Assembly: GCA_951406725.2 (NCBI GenBank)
Contig: OX597825.1
Span: 35,712,001-35,776,000, forward strand
DNA length: 64,000 nt
Reading direction: 5' to 3'
Source: Octopus vulgaris
Lineage: Eukaryota
Positions 13,631 through 26,688 of this stretch are shown here, piece after piece (the stretch's first letter is position 1; every line of letters starts with the position of its first letter). The notes below the pieces were generated by a model. It had not been told where the DNA came from. It made no database searches and was given only the letters and a program-made list of their open reading frames with translations. The position numbers were made by a program, and so were the translations under genes.

Positions 13631-14158
13631 TTTTTCGGTGCTAGGTCGCTTATACTCTTCCTTCAAAATTGTGTAACCTGATGCCAAGTTGAGCACTGGA
13701 CTCGATATAATCGAGTAGGCCCCTATCATAAAATTTCAGGGCTTGTATCTATAGTAGAAAGAATTATTAAATGACAAAGATGAAGGCGTGATTGTGTAGC
13801 TGAGAATCTTGCTTCCTAACCATACGGTTTCAAACTGAGTCACATTGCTTAAAACCTTGGGCAAATGTCTTCTACTATATGACCTTTTTTTTTCCTTTTC
13901 CTTTCGTTTTCCGATGGTTTCACCCTCCCACCTTTTACATCTGCTTTCTTACATTTTCTCTTATTCTATCGTCCTATTTTAGCTTCTATATGCCATGTAA
14001 TCACAAACCAAAGATTGCATGAAAGCATCAGACGAGGTCTGAAGAAACACTTTATGGGTGTGGAACCCCGAATAACCCCCATAGACCGGTCGTATCTATC
14101 TTTATTTGTATACTCTACTGCTGTATAACTTAAAGTGTCATTTCTCCTGATATATATA

Positions 14159-15290
14159 GGGTTGGCAACTGAGTTCCCGCCGTTTTTTTTAATCTAAATT
14201 TTTTAAAAGGTTTAATAAAAAATAAATAATTAATCAATAATGTATTCACCCTTGTTGTTTACAATTTCTTCCCAACGTTCAACAAGATGTTCTATACCTC
14301 GTCGGTAGAAATCCGTTGGTGCCACAGGAGTGTGCGACATGTGTGGCAGCACTTCCAAGCCATGCGCTTGAATGGCTTCCTTGGTCATATTGGCGATATG
14401 AGGGCGGGCGTTGTCGTGTAGCAGAACTCCATGCTGCTGATTAGGTCTTTTCTCTTGAATAGCCATGTTGAGTCGTTCCATCTGTTAAACAGAGTTCTGC
14501 GTTGACTGTTTGATTCTGTTCAAGCAATTCGTAATGGATAATCCCTTCCCAGCCCCACCATACGCGCAACATCGTTTTACGCGGATGAAGATCTTGCTTT
14601 ACGTGTGGTGTCGCTTGTTTACTGGGGCTAAGCCATTCCTTACGCTGCTTCATATTGATGTACAGGCACCATTTTTCGTCGCCAGTAATGATTCAGCAAA
14701 GAAATCGTTGCTTGTGTCCATGAGTTGAGCGGTGACGAGCAAGCAAACCAGCGGAGATTGTGGCTCGTTGATTATTATTGTTGTCACTTACAGCATGCGG
14801 AACCCATGCCCCATACTTCTGAACCTTTTCTTTCAAGTGAAGATGCTTCTCTATAGCAGTGTGGGAGCATTCCATTTTCTCTGACAGTTCCCTTGTCGTT
14901 TGACGAGAATTTTCGTGCAAAAGTTGGTTTAATCGAACTTCATCGAACTCAACTGGACGGCCAGGACGAGGTGCGTCTTCGATGTCAAAATTTCCAATTT
15001 TTGAACTTGGCATACCAATCACGAACGGTTCTTTCAGCTATGGCACCCTCTCCATACACAGCAGAAATGTCGCGAGCAGCGTTTGAGGCCTTAGAACCTT
15101 GATTAGAAACAAAAAGGAGGTGTCGAAAATGCTCGTTTTTCTTAACTTGACATTCCATTTTAATGATCTGAAAATAAACAAAAATTAACTAAAATTATCT
15201 AGAAAAAAACAAAATAGATTTCAAAATGATTCAAAAATGTAAAGAAAATGTAAAGATTTAAAGAAATTGTATTTTACATTGGTGGGAGGG
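14159..15290 (-). mobile_element. Degenerate mariner transposon (transposase pseudogene about 15158-14230)
   Basis: MECQVKKNEHFRHL start, DAPRPGRP, WVPHAV, KTML.VWW.WEGIIHYELL, LLHDNARPH, APTDFY, NNKGEYIID; left end ta-gggttggcaactgagttcccgcc; right TIR eroded. Confidence 0.9.
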
Positions 15291-15723
15291 GAAAACTGTG
15301 AAATTTGGTTTGATGTTACCTGCACATCTCTCTATGTGTTCACGTAAAGGAATCTGTCTGTATTGCGGGAGCCGGATCTGCTCTTTATGTAGAGTGGTTC
15401 GCCGTCTCAATGTCATACTCTTCTACCCTATATAGTGATGTCCTCAACCCGAGCAGGTTATTACACGTCTAAATATGCTCGTATAACCAACTTTGATCTC
15501 TATACATATTTTAATTCACGATTACATACCCGTCACTGTTCATATTCCTCTCCACTACTCTAGTTTTTAAATTTTTGCGTGTATATATATATATATATTT
15601 CTCCCCCCCCCCTCGAAAGATGAACAATTATCTCCCCTGTCCATAATAATAACGATAGCCAATTACTTCCCCTTAGATTTTTCTACTTCTTGAATCATTT
15701 ATTCATATATCTTATATTGTGAT

Positions 15724-15756
15724 TGTCGACCAGTTTCGCTTTCGCTAATCATGACA
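15724..15756 (-). ncRNA. Minimal type-I hammerhead motif, A3-U8 core variant
   Basis: Minus strand TGTC-ATGATTA-GC-GAAA-GC-GAAA-CTGG-TC-GACA: helix I TGTC/GACA, helix II GC/GC with GAAA tetraloop, GUC site. Confidence 0.7.
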
Positions 15757-15995
15757 TCAAAATTTATCTAAATACATATTTTTTTAGCAATTTTTTTGTC
15801 CATGTTGTGTGTGGAGTTTATGAATGAATAATTCAACAAGTAGAAAAATATATGGGAAGGTAATTGGTTATCGTTATTATTAGAGACAGGGGAGAGAATT
15901 GTTCATCTCTTGGTGGAGGGTAAGAAATATATATATACATACAACATGGACAAGAGAATTTTTCTTAGGAAAATACGTATTTAAATAAATTTTGA

Positions 15996-16028
15996 TATCA
16001 TGATTAGCGAAAGCGAAAGCGGTCGACA
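15996..16028 (+). ncRNA. Minimal type-I hammerhead motif, A3-U8 core variant (inverted copy)
   Basis: TATC-ATGATTA-GC-GAAA-GC-GAAA-GCGG-TC-GACA; the two copies imply an ancestral CCGG helix-III palindrome. Confidence 0.62.
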
Positions 16029-16151
16029 ATCACAATATAAGATATATTAAAAATTATATTAAAACTATGTAAAGTGTGTGCATTTTCCTTCTTTAATTTC
16101 TTTATATATTACAACTCGCCACGCGGGGACAATCGAAATTCTTCCCTTTCT

Positions 16152-16217
<66 letters not shown>

Positions 16218-16670
16218 GATAAATTTCCGCTGAATTCCAGTCTTCTAAATCTTCTAGATTAATTCACAAGTCGTTGACCCAAGACTACAAGTAGAAGTAA
16301 TCTGCCCAAAATGTTGCCCAGTAGAACTGAACCCGAAACCACGTGGTTGCAAAGAGAACTTAACCTTGCCCTGTATATCCTCTATATTAAACGAAAAGTC
16401 CTCATGGTGTTGTCTCTACCAACGAGACTGCTTGGATTTTTTATGTATCCCGGTCAGTTGATGACCCTTTGACCTTGTATGAATTTCTTTTTACAAGTAG
16501 CTACATGAATATGCTTGTAGACGACTCATTTGCAATATACAAATATACAAAAACAAAAAGAAAACAAGCAAATTGGGTTTTGAGATTAGTATGCAGCCAC
16601 TGGGCCACTCTGCTCAACGAGCAATAATCAAATATGTAATTTCTTATATTGTCCGTTCTGGGTTACATTT

Positions 16671-16860
16671 TTATTACGTTGTCCATCATACGGTATTTAT
16701 TCAATTATTTATTTATATGCACTGGACTGTGCAAAATCACAAAATGTATGAATGTATCCGCCCTTTATGCTAAGGTAAGAGTAATTTGCGTATTATTTAT
16801 AATACAACTTAATATTGTCAGCTGGTTTATATGCTTTATGTTTAATAATTGGTTGATGCT

Positions 16861-16959
<99 letters not shown>

Positions 16960-17207
16960 TGTATGTATGTATGTATGTATGTATGTATGTATGTATGCAT
17001 GTATAGCAATAGTATGACAACAAAAGAATGAATGAGACCTCGATATATAACCAAAGGAAGACACTTAAGGTGGTCGCTAGATCTTGTAAAAATTCTAGAT
17101 TATTACGTTGTCCATCATACGGTATTTATTTAATTATTTATTCATATGTACTTGACTGTGCAAAATTACAAAATGTATAAATGTACCCGCCCTTTATGCT
17201 AAGGTAA
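16671..17207 (+). repeat. About 108-bp direct repeat pair
   Basis: 16671-16778 and 17100-17207 (ttattacgttgtccatcatacgg...ccctttatgctaaggtaa). Confidence 0.9.
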
Positions 17208-18659
17208 TGAACATTGTAAATAAGTACCGAAGGTGATAGTATTGATCATGTACCAGACAAAAGGGTTTAAATCCGGATTTCCTAAATTGGGCGATATCGT
17301 CCCCACCGGCGAGCGATTTCAACTGTTGGATGAGTGATGAGTAACTGAATAGAAAATCGTGGGTGACCGGAAATTTTGGTGAGCGATATAGGATTTTGAG
17401 CTAACCCACAAAAATATGCCCAAGAAATATGTACATAATTCGTATGAAAAAAAAAACAGAAGGCTAAATGGGAATAACTGGACCAAATTCTTTGATAAGA
17501 TATATCTTCGCAAACAAGGAACATTTGATATCTTCTATTACTTTGAGGACGGTCATCGGATTTATTCAGTTGCTCTCACAGATTTCGTATTTTTTTCAAT
17601 TTTGTTCCAATTGTTCCCAAATTTGATTATACCGGTTTAGTTTTGTATGCCAATTATGAAAATGAAATTCAATTTTACTGTAAATAAATAAAAAGTTAAT
17701 AGCTTTTAATGTTTGCAAATTTTGGATGATTTTAGCCAATCGAAAACCACATTTATACACATAGCCGTAAATCTCATATTTGTGTGTTTTCATAATAACA
17801 AGCGAATCTGTAGTCTACTCAGTTTTCATTGTAACAAGAACACAGTACGAGTGCGACTCTGACACTTTCTCCACCGAAACCACCACCACAAGTTATGACG
17901 AGCGATATCATTTCGTGCCTGTTACTATTTTTGTCTGTCATTTTGTGAGAGACAGCTATCACGTAGAAAATGCCAGATTCCGATTCCTGTTTTCTGAATG
18001 AACTAAAAATGATCAAACTTTGAATTTCTGTCAGATTTTTCTGAATGTTTCTGAAAATAAATGAATCCCGAATTCAGGTTCAGCATGAAAAATTACATCA
18101 GTATGACAAATTTGAAAATTTTCATTTAATTTTAAAATTTTCAAATTTATGGCATCAGCCGAAAAAGGTCTAGATCATTAACGTTCAAATAGCTCTTCGA
18201 ACAAAATACCATTTGTTTGGGGTTTTTTTTGGTGGGGGTGGTCTTTTTATTTCGGATATAAATCAGACAGTGAAGACCATGAACAACTTTATCTCCAACG
18301 CCGCCAGCACCGAGAGGTCACACATAAAATTGACACAGGCATTGGTCTCTAAGAACTCTGCTGACAGACTGTAGATAAGGAGGCGCGGACGATAATGTCA
18401 GATAAAATTTGAGAATCCAAAGATGGAACTTGCTTGCAGCGCAATGCGCATGCTCATATAAACAAACAGCCACTTAAAGATGTTAGATTGCATTGAGCGC
18501 CAAGTGACTGCAACACTCTTGCGTTCTTGTATTTGTGGATTATTGAAAACAGGCTTCGAGTAACAATATAACTTGGTGAACAAAAATATTATCTGTTGTT
18601 CCGACTATTTTCTCTGCGTATTGTACAATTTTGAAACACCTCAATGCCTTCATTTAAGA

Positions 18660-18960
18660 AAATTTGCCGTCAGTTCTGCACTGATTATTTATCTTATAGT
18701 TTAACGTTTCCCCTCAGAGCAGTCACTTACCTCTGTGTCTCATGCGTAACCAAACTTAAATCAACGAAGCCATGAAACCTTCACGGTTCCAGTATCAGTT
18801 ATATTCTAAGCATGCTGACCAGAAAGAAAAACCTTTGTCATATTTCTTACAACTTAATACCTCATTTGAACAGCGGAAACCGTTGATCTCCGATATTCAG
18901 AAAACGACTGCGCAACAAGACAACTGGATGATTGCGACGTACAACATTGCTTCACTGGTC
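18660..18960 (+). pseudogene. hAT (Buster/Charlie-like) transposase N-terminal remnant
   Basis: NEAMKPSRF..QL..KH...KEKPLSYF...ATYNIASLV matches the N-terminal region of Buster/ZBED5-type transposases. Confidence 0.7.
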
Positions 18961-19411
18961 GAACCAGTAATAAACTTTTACCAAAACATTTCTGGTATGC
19001 TTTTGCATATTTGATTTACTGATGAGTGGAGGAAAGTCTTTCAACATGTAGTGGGCGACGATGTAAAAAACGTAGGCTGCCCCTTGTTTATAGTACCATA
19101 GAGTGCGGTCGCCGCCGCCATCGTCGTCGTCTACTTCAGTATAATATAACTAAAGGAAAGTAAACTATAAGTCAAATATAAATCCCAAACGGAAATTACA
19201 AAAATACACCCATCAAGTCAATATATTGCTTAATTATATGCATGTGTGTGAGTATTTATGCATGTATGCATATGTGTGTGTGTATATGCATGTGTGCACA
19301 CACACACACACACATATTTGTTTATATACATACATACAACTATCTATCTATATACATAGATATGTATATATATATATATATATAGATAATGTATGTAAGT
19401 ATGTATGCATG

Positions 19412-19445
<34 letters not shown>

Positions 19446-19622
19446 TGTATGTACGTACGTACGTACGTATGTATGTATGTATGTATGTATGTATGTATGT
19501 ATGTATGTATGTATGTATGTACGTACGTACGTACGTATATATGTATGTATGTATGTATGTATGTAAGTATGTATGTATGTATGTATGTATGTGTAATATG
19601 CGTTATTATTATGGAAGAAATT

Positions 19623-19842
19623 AAGGCGACGAACTGGCAGAATCGTTAGCACACCAGGCAAAACGCTTAGCGGCATTTCATCCGTCTTCACCTTCTGAGT
19701 TCAAATTCTGCCGTGGTCGAATTCGTCTTTCATCTTTTCGAAGTCGATAAAATAAGTACCAGCTGATTGATCACTGGGGTCGATGTAATCGACTTGCCGT
19801 CTCCCTCAAAAGTACTGGCCTTGTGCCAAAATTTGAAACCAT
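19623..19842 (+). mobile_element. SINE family A
   Basis: aaggcgacgaactggcagaatcgttagcac...ctttcatcttttcgaagtcgataaaataagtaccag. Other copies at about 30305, 33507, 44125(-), 50780(-), 63370(-). Confidence 0.8.
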
Positions 19843-20128
19843 TCTGATAGAAGGAATTATGCTTCAGCATTTACATACAAAGAATAGTCATCGTATAAAA
19901 TCTTTTAATGTTATAAAAATCACAATGGCGTTGCATGGGTTCGAGTGACCCTATGGGAAGCCGAATTCGACGACAGCAAACGCACGAACATATAGTGGCC
20001 GTCATGTGTGATCCACACACTCCGCGCGTTCCAATGTATGCCACTGACACTTTGTATATCATTGAGATAAAAGAAAATCACTTGCATCTTTTCTCTGTCA
20101 TTTTCCAACAGATATATGCAATATGTTG

Positions 20129-20508
20129 TGGAGGCGCAATGGCCCAGTGGTTAGGGCAGCGGACTGGCGGTCATAGGATCGCGGTTTCGATTCCTAGACC
20201 TGGCGTTGTGTGTGTTTATTGAGCGAAAATACCTAAAGCTCCACGAGGCTCTTGTAGGGGATGGTGGCGAACCCTGCTGTATTCTTTCACCACAACTTTC
20301 TCTCACTCTTACTTCCTGTTTCTGTTGTGTTTGTAATTCAAAGGGCCAGCCTTGTCACACTCTGCGTCACGCTGAATATCCCCGAGAACTACGTTAACAG
20401 TACACGTGTCTGTGGAGTGCTCAGCCACTTGCACGTTAATTTCACGAACAGGCCGTTCCGTTGATCGGATCAACTGGAACCGTCGTCGTCGTAAGCGACG
20501 GAGTGCCA
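20129..20508 (+). mobile_element. tRNA-derived SINE (family C)
   Basis: tRNA-like head ggaggcgcaatggcccagtggttagggcagcgg...ggtttcgattcc followed by gtgtgtttattgagcgaaa.acctaaagctccacg; related copy at 28121-28420. Confidence 0.8.
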
Positions 20509-21092
20509 ATATGCAATATGTAATTAAAATTACTGCTGACATCTCTCTCTTTTTTTTCTTTTTGTCTTTTTAGAATTTTTACAATGCGCATTTAGTCAAC
20601 AAGTCACTATCCCTTGAAACGCTAACGCTCGTTGCTGATCCATAAAACTTTCTATAAATTTTCGTTGCGGTTTCACCGTTAAAGGCGCTAATTACTTGTC
20701 ACTATGCTTCTCATATGTAGACCATACTCCTGAATGAATCACCGAACCAGTTTCACTCTCTCATTCAACGATGGGAATCAGATTGTTTCTGTCACGTCGC
20801 TGCACATAAAAATGCCACCGGGCGATGCCGATTGAGACGACAAAACCCAAGGCTCATTAATTCTTAGTAGGTGACTATCATATGCTGGATTTTATATTAA
20901 CAGAGGGAATAGCATTTTGGTTGCAGATAAAAGCAAATATAAGCCTACGTACAGAGCAAACCGTTCTCTTATCAAAGCTTTATTTATGTAGGTTTATGTT
21001 TAACGAAACATACTATTTCATTTGAAACCAGCGTACCTCTAACCTTTATCCTTTTTTACAATAAAATTATTATCATTATTATTATTATTATT

Positions 21093-21163
<71 letters not shown>

Positions 21164-21303
21164 TGTTGTTGTTGTTGTTATGGTTATTATTATTATTATT
21201 ATTTTTCAGTAGTCTTATTTTCTTTATGTATTTTCACTGCACTAGCGAGTGCAGCTCTGTGCACCTTGGTTACATGCTGTGGTTTGTTTTGGTATTGCTA
21301 CTT

Positions 21304-21975
21304 TCATTGTATTGAAAATGCTTTACGTATGATGTGTGCGATTCCTAGTAGTGCTATTATTTGTATGTTACATATATTCGTAAGTGCTGGTATATTGGTT
21401 ATGTATTTGTTCGTATGTTTTTCAATCATACCCAAAGCACCTATTATCAAAGGGATTGTTTCTGCTTTCAGAATCCACGTTCGGGTTATCTCTTTTTCCA
21501 TATCTTTGTATTTCGAAAGATTCTCCGTTTCTTTTAGAGTTAGTGTCATCTCTTGGAACTAATATGTTGATTAGAAGGCATTTTTGCTTGATAGTCTCTA
21601 ACAACTATATCTGATCTTTTAGCTTTGATCTCTTTATTTTTGTGTATTGGCATATCTCTGAGTATAGTTGCTTTATCGTTTTCTGAGTTCTTTTCTGGGA
21701 TATGCCTATGCCATCTTTTTACAGTTGTCTTCTCATAACGCTGGCATAGCTTCCAGTGTATATAGGTCCCTACTGTGTCATGTCTGTGAACATATTCCTT
21801 TTTATTCTAAACTGGGCAGCCAGGATCAATCTAATTTATTGTTTCTTCTCCTATCGAAACAGTTACCTATTGCATTTTTCTTCATTGTGTGTTTTTGGTG
21901 TTTTCTGGATGAGATGCTTTGATCTTGTTCCACAATTAAAAGCCTTTCAGTCTCTGCTTTGAGTCCCGAGTTTCT
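21304..21975 (-). pseudogene. 3' fragment of an R4/Dong-like non-LTR retrotransposon (REL endonuclease)
   Basis: DIVVRD..KCLLINILVPRD..KETENLSKYKDMEKEITRTW...IPLIIGALG...IQIIALLGIAHIIRKAF is the PD-(D/E)xK REL C-terminus; the 3' end abuts a (TAA)n/(CAA)n/(CAG)n tract at about 21067-21202. Confidence 0.85.
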
Positions 21976-22066
21976 CAACTATTGTTGGGATTATAATTTG
22001 TCAGGACAATGGTGACATACAAGGAAACCGAACGAAAACAAACATGGAGGGTCGATAGACCAGACG

Positions 22067-22191
22067 AGACATAAAAACACACACACATACATATACATAC
22101 ACGCGCGCTCACACACTTGTATGTATGTATATATATATATATGTGTGTGTGTGTATATATATATATATATGTATGTATGTGGCGTTGAATC

Positions 22192-22229
<38 letters not shown>

Positions 22230-22427
22230 GAAATTCGGGGTGAGTACTTGATAATTATAAGCACCTGTGTAACCCTGTGTAACCCATGTAACACATGTCC
22301 TTGTGGAAGCTGTTGTGCGCGGCTGAAGAAGGCCACAGACATACATTATGCATTGTTATAAATCTGTCTAATAAAGGCCCGAAACATATGTACCGCTAAA
22401 TCCTTGGCATTATGTTTTTATTTTGAT

Positions 22428-22476
<49 letters not shown>

Positions 22477-22487
22477 GCGTTCAATCA

Positions 22488-22536
<49 letters not shown>

Positions 22537-23178
22537 TATATACATACATATATGAACATACATATATATGTATATAGATATGTATATATGGGTACAGTGA
22601 ACGCTGGAGAAATATTGTCTTTGACGAGAAAAGATAAAAGAGGAGATATCTTTTCTCTAATTCTTTTTCTCCCCTTCACCGTTTTCTCTCTGTTTGCCTC
22701 TCTTTCTCCCCTCTACCTCCTTTACTCTCTCTCTCTCTCTTGTGGCTCAAACGTGACCATCGTCGATCTTTCTTTTTCTTCAGTGCTGTCGTACAGACTA
22801 CACGTATTCCTATCTATCTCCTCTTCTATCTTTTCTCTTGTTAAAGACAATATTTCTCTAACGTTCACTACTTTACCTCATCTGGTGTATCGACCCTCCA
22901 TGTTTGTTTTCGTTCGGTTTCCTTGTTTGTTTCCACTATCCTCTTTTTATTACCAAATTTGACCCTCTGCAAATCCCCAAATAAGGCGTAGAAGGGTAGC
23001 AGACAACTGATGAAGGGTCATTTTTATGTTACTTGTCTTATTTTCCATTTGTTTCTCTCGTTGTTTACATACCCAACTTCATTTTCGTATTTCATGTTGT
23101 TAACGTTTTGTGACGTCCTGTAGCCATATATACATATCTATATACATATATATGTATGTTCATATATGTATGTATATA

Positions 23179-23232
<54 letters not shown>

Positions 23233-23254
23233 ATTGAACGCCACATACATACAT

Positions 23255-23302
<48 letters not shown>

Positions 23303-23376
23303 GCATATATATATACATACATACAAGTGTGTGAGCGCGCGTGTATGTATATGTATGTGTGTGTGTTTTTATGTCT
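22067..23376. repeat. Nested inverted duplication around a pLTR-like element
   Basis: 22067-22597 (excluding the HHR insert) is the reverse complement of 23118-23376; inner IR 22596-22648 / 22815-22869; about 22019-22068 is an inverted copy of about 22878-22926; CTGATGAAGG half-motif at 23006. Confidence 0.8.
22319..22396 (+). ncRNA. Type-I hammerhead ribozyme motif in a TA-flanked insert (22229-22433)
   Basis: GCGG-CTGAAGA-AGGCC-ACAGA...TCTGT...GGCCC-GAAA-CATATG-TA-CCGC: helix I GCGG/CCGC, helix II GGCC/GGCC, palindromic helix III, GUA site after 22392. Confidence 0.78.
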
Positions 23377-23579
23377 ATGTTTGTTCCCCACCGCAGCTTG
23401 GACACCGATACTAGCGTGTTTGCGTCCCCGTAACTTAGCGTTGGTTCGGTAATAGTGATCGATAGAATAAGCACTAGGATTTTAAAAAAATAAGTACTGA
23501 GGTCGATTTATTCCATTAAACCCTTTAAGGCGATGCTCCAACATGGCCTCAGTCCAATGACTGAAACAAATTAAAGATA

Positions 23580-24215
23580 TACAACTACTTACCAAAAAAT
23601 CGGAATGCTACATTGACATACCGAAATGGTTTCTCATAGCACGAGCAAGCATAGGAGCCAAGACGTAAGCACTATTTTGCTAGGGAAATACAGGCCCATA
23701 AACTACCTTATCATTGTACACAAACTGAAGCACAAGTACCTTGAACCAATTCCTCCAAATCCACAGCGAGCCATTAGAGACTGTTGTCAAATCCTGGATC
23801 GAAAGAGATGCCCGGGAGAAGGCCGTACGTGTTCCAGCAAGACTGTTCCCTCCCACGAGCAGATGGCCGAAAATTTTTGTGATCGTGTTAATTCTACCTT
23901 TCCTGATTTAAACCCCCGGACTACCCTGTATGGGGCGTCGTTGAGAGGGAGACCAACAAGCATACCCACAATGTCAAGGACTCATTGATGTTTGCTGTTG
24001 GAGACGTTATGACCAACATGAATAAAGATCACCTGATCAACGTATTTAGTCGTTTCAGAAGTCCTATCGAGGCAGTAATCGAGGTTGGTGGCGATTATAT
24101 TAAACTGTCTTTTACTATTTGTATATAAGAATACGTATAACAAGTTCTCTAAATATATACAGAATTGACTTTTCTAATAAACATTCTTGTTTTCCTTAAA
24201 TTAAAATTTTATCCT
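23580..24215 (+). mobile_element. Internally deleted Tc1/mariner-superfamily remnant (DD37D/maT-like)
   Basis: FPDLNP..YPVWGVVERETNKH and AVIEVGGDYI across broken frames. Confidence 0.65.
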
Positions 24216-24249
24216 CAAATAGCTAACGCGCCAAGTACACACAAACACA

Positions 24250-24300
<51 letters not shown>

Positions 24301-24488
24301 CAATATTTCTGAATTACTACTATTTAGCGGTGGTTTGAGTCTTGGCTGCTCTTTCTAGTGGGTCGAATGGCCTATCGGGGTCGTTCCTTAATATTGTTGA
24401 ATTTATATATATATAGACCGCTGGTGGCGAAAAAATTTCTATTGAATTTTTTGCTACCCTTATATTGATTAATATATATATATATATG

Positions 24489-24520
<32 letters not shown>

Positions 24521-25152
24521 TGTATGTATGTATGTATGTATGTATGTATGTATGTATGTATGTATGTATGTATGTATGTATATGCATGTATATGTATATA
24601 GACAAGAATAAATATTTGTGTGTGTGAGTTTGTATGTTTGAATGTATACACATGTATATACTTTGAACAAAACTAAATATAACAACTACGCTCCCTTATC
24701 TAGTAAAGGTGACGCCCTTTCCCGTATCGCGTCCATAGATTTGTCTTTTAACTTTCAGTTCCCATCTATCATCTGACTACGAATAACTAAACAGTTCACA
24801 CCCTAAATACCATCCACCTGTACCTAAGCAAGCACGAGGTGAAACACGCAACCTCACTAAACTACAGAAGCATTCTATTTGGTGCTTCGGTGTGCTAGAA
24901 ATAGTAGCCTAATTCAATTTGATACCACTTAAATTTGTGTTAAAAGACAGCAAGGACACATCAGGCAATGATGGACAGATCACGGTCGTAATGCCTTTGA
25001 ACACAGGTCTGGTGGAACGATCACGGCCGTAAATCCTTTGAAAACAGGTCTGTCTGGTCAGATCTGACCTAGGGTTAAAGAACAAGAATCTTACATTTCC
25101 GCCTTGACGAGAAAATATTTTTAAAAATTCACACGTTACTCTACAAGTACAA

Positions 25153-25197
<45 letters not shown>

Positions 25198-25425
25198 GGT
25201 GGTGGTAGTGGTGGTGGTGGTGGTGGTGGTGGTGGTGGTGGTGGTGGTGGTGGTGGTGGTGGTGGTGTGTGTGTGTGTGTGTGTGTTTGTGTGTGTGCGT
25301 GTGTGCGTTCTCTGCGTGTGTATACATGTATATGAATAAATAGTATAGGCACAAGCAATGATACATATTCAAACCCATTCTCGCGCACGCGCACACACTC
25401 ACTCACACGCACAAACCTATATATA

Positions 25426-26640
25426 CAGGGTGTGACCAAAACGTGTATAAACAGATTGAATGATTATAAAGTAAATAATGTTTATTAACATACATTTTAT
25501 TCTCAATATTTTTTAGAATTCACGTGCAGAATTGAATATTTTCATGAGCACCTATTTTCGAAACGATGACCTTTCTGGACCAGACGCTGCTTAAAACTTG
25601 TAACAAGAAACATCAAGAAATATCTCGTTTGTTATTTGTGTGCATTCATGTTCAATAGTAGTTCTCATTTCGTCGGTTTTGTAAGGTAGACTTTATCGTT
25701 TAAATATCTCTGTAAAAAAAACGTCTAATGGTGTGAGGTCCGTTGAATGCAGAGGGTATTTGAGTGAGACTCTTTGTCCAATCCACCTGTCTGTCAAAAT
25801 TTAATGATTGTAGGCCCTTACCTTAGTATGGTAGTGTGGCAGTCCAATCTTGCTGACAGTATAACTCCACATCTTCTAAGTGTTCTCTTTAATGGTTGGT
25901 ACGACAAATTGTCTCAGCAAGTACCATAAAAAAAGAATGGCACATTTAATCTTTTTGATGAGCAGCACTATACTGTACCTCCTGGTTATCTAACATGATG
26001 TTCCTCCATAATATGTGGATTCTGACGTCCCGAATGGGTGCAATTGTGACGGTCAAATCAGCCATTTAATTTTAATGTAGCCTCATCACTCCAAATAATT
26101 TCTATTGGAAAGCGTGCATATTCTACACATCTTGCCATGTACCACTCACAAAAATTAACTCCTCGGTTCGGAAAGTCTTCATTGAGGTTATGGACTCTTT
26201 CCAATGGCAGTGCTTCAAAATGCAATAGACTCTTGACATTGAAATTCCTATATTATGTCTCACTTACCACACAGATCTTCTTGAATTATGCTAATACGTT
26301 TCTAGTATCCTTTCTTTCTTTGCAAGGCTCGTCCAAAGCCGCCGTCTTCCAAAACGTTTCCTGTAGACATTCTGAACCATTCCATTGGTTTCAAATTTAT
26401 TTCTAATCCGAGTGGTAGTAAGTCGCAATAGTGGATCCGTTTGAAATTCCCTCTTAAACTCTCTTTGCGCTTTGACAGTGTTTTCAAACTTCTAGTAGTA
26501 CTTTAGTATGAATTTCCTTTGTACAAGGTTTGGTCTAACTCCATTCATTATCTCTAATGAGTTAAATGCAAAAAGAAATTAAATTTAAATGAGTTCTCAG
26601 GTGTTAAAGTATATAACATTTTGGGGAGTTATCCCGCATA
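25426..26640 (-). mobile_element. Degenerate Tc1/mariner-superfamily element (DD41D/rosa-like)
   Basis: ta-cagggtg terminus at 25426; minus strand DLTPLDVF..YLNDKVY and KGHRFE C-terminal motifs. Confidence 0.6.
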
Positions 26641-26644
26641 TGTA

Positions 26645-26685
<41 letters not shown>

Positions 26686-26688
<3 letters not shown>

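Larger units (their letters stand above)
15590..16047. repeat. A-B-A'-B' permuted inverted duplication of a pLTR-like insert
   Basis: A (about 15590-15707) is the reverse complement of 15819-15936; B (15706-15812) is the reverse complement of 15937-16047. Confidence 0.85.

Noticed and set aside
19019-19045. CTGATGA...GAAAGTC hammerhead-like string
   Set aside because: No helix II or helix I pairing; lies beside the hAT remnant.
20129-20200. tRNA-like sequences (also 28121, 62538, 1941)
   Set aside because: SINE heads continuing into SINE bodies; no complete cloverleaf.
24909-25439. Poly-Pro/poly-His/poly-Val ORFs
   Set aside because: Derived from a (GAT)n(GGT)n(GT)n microsatellite.
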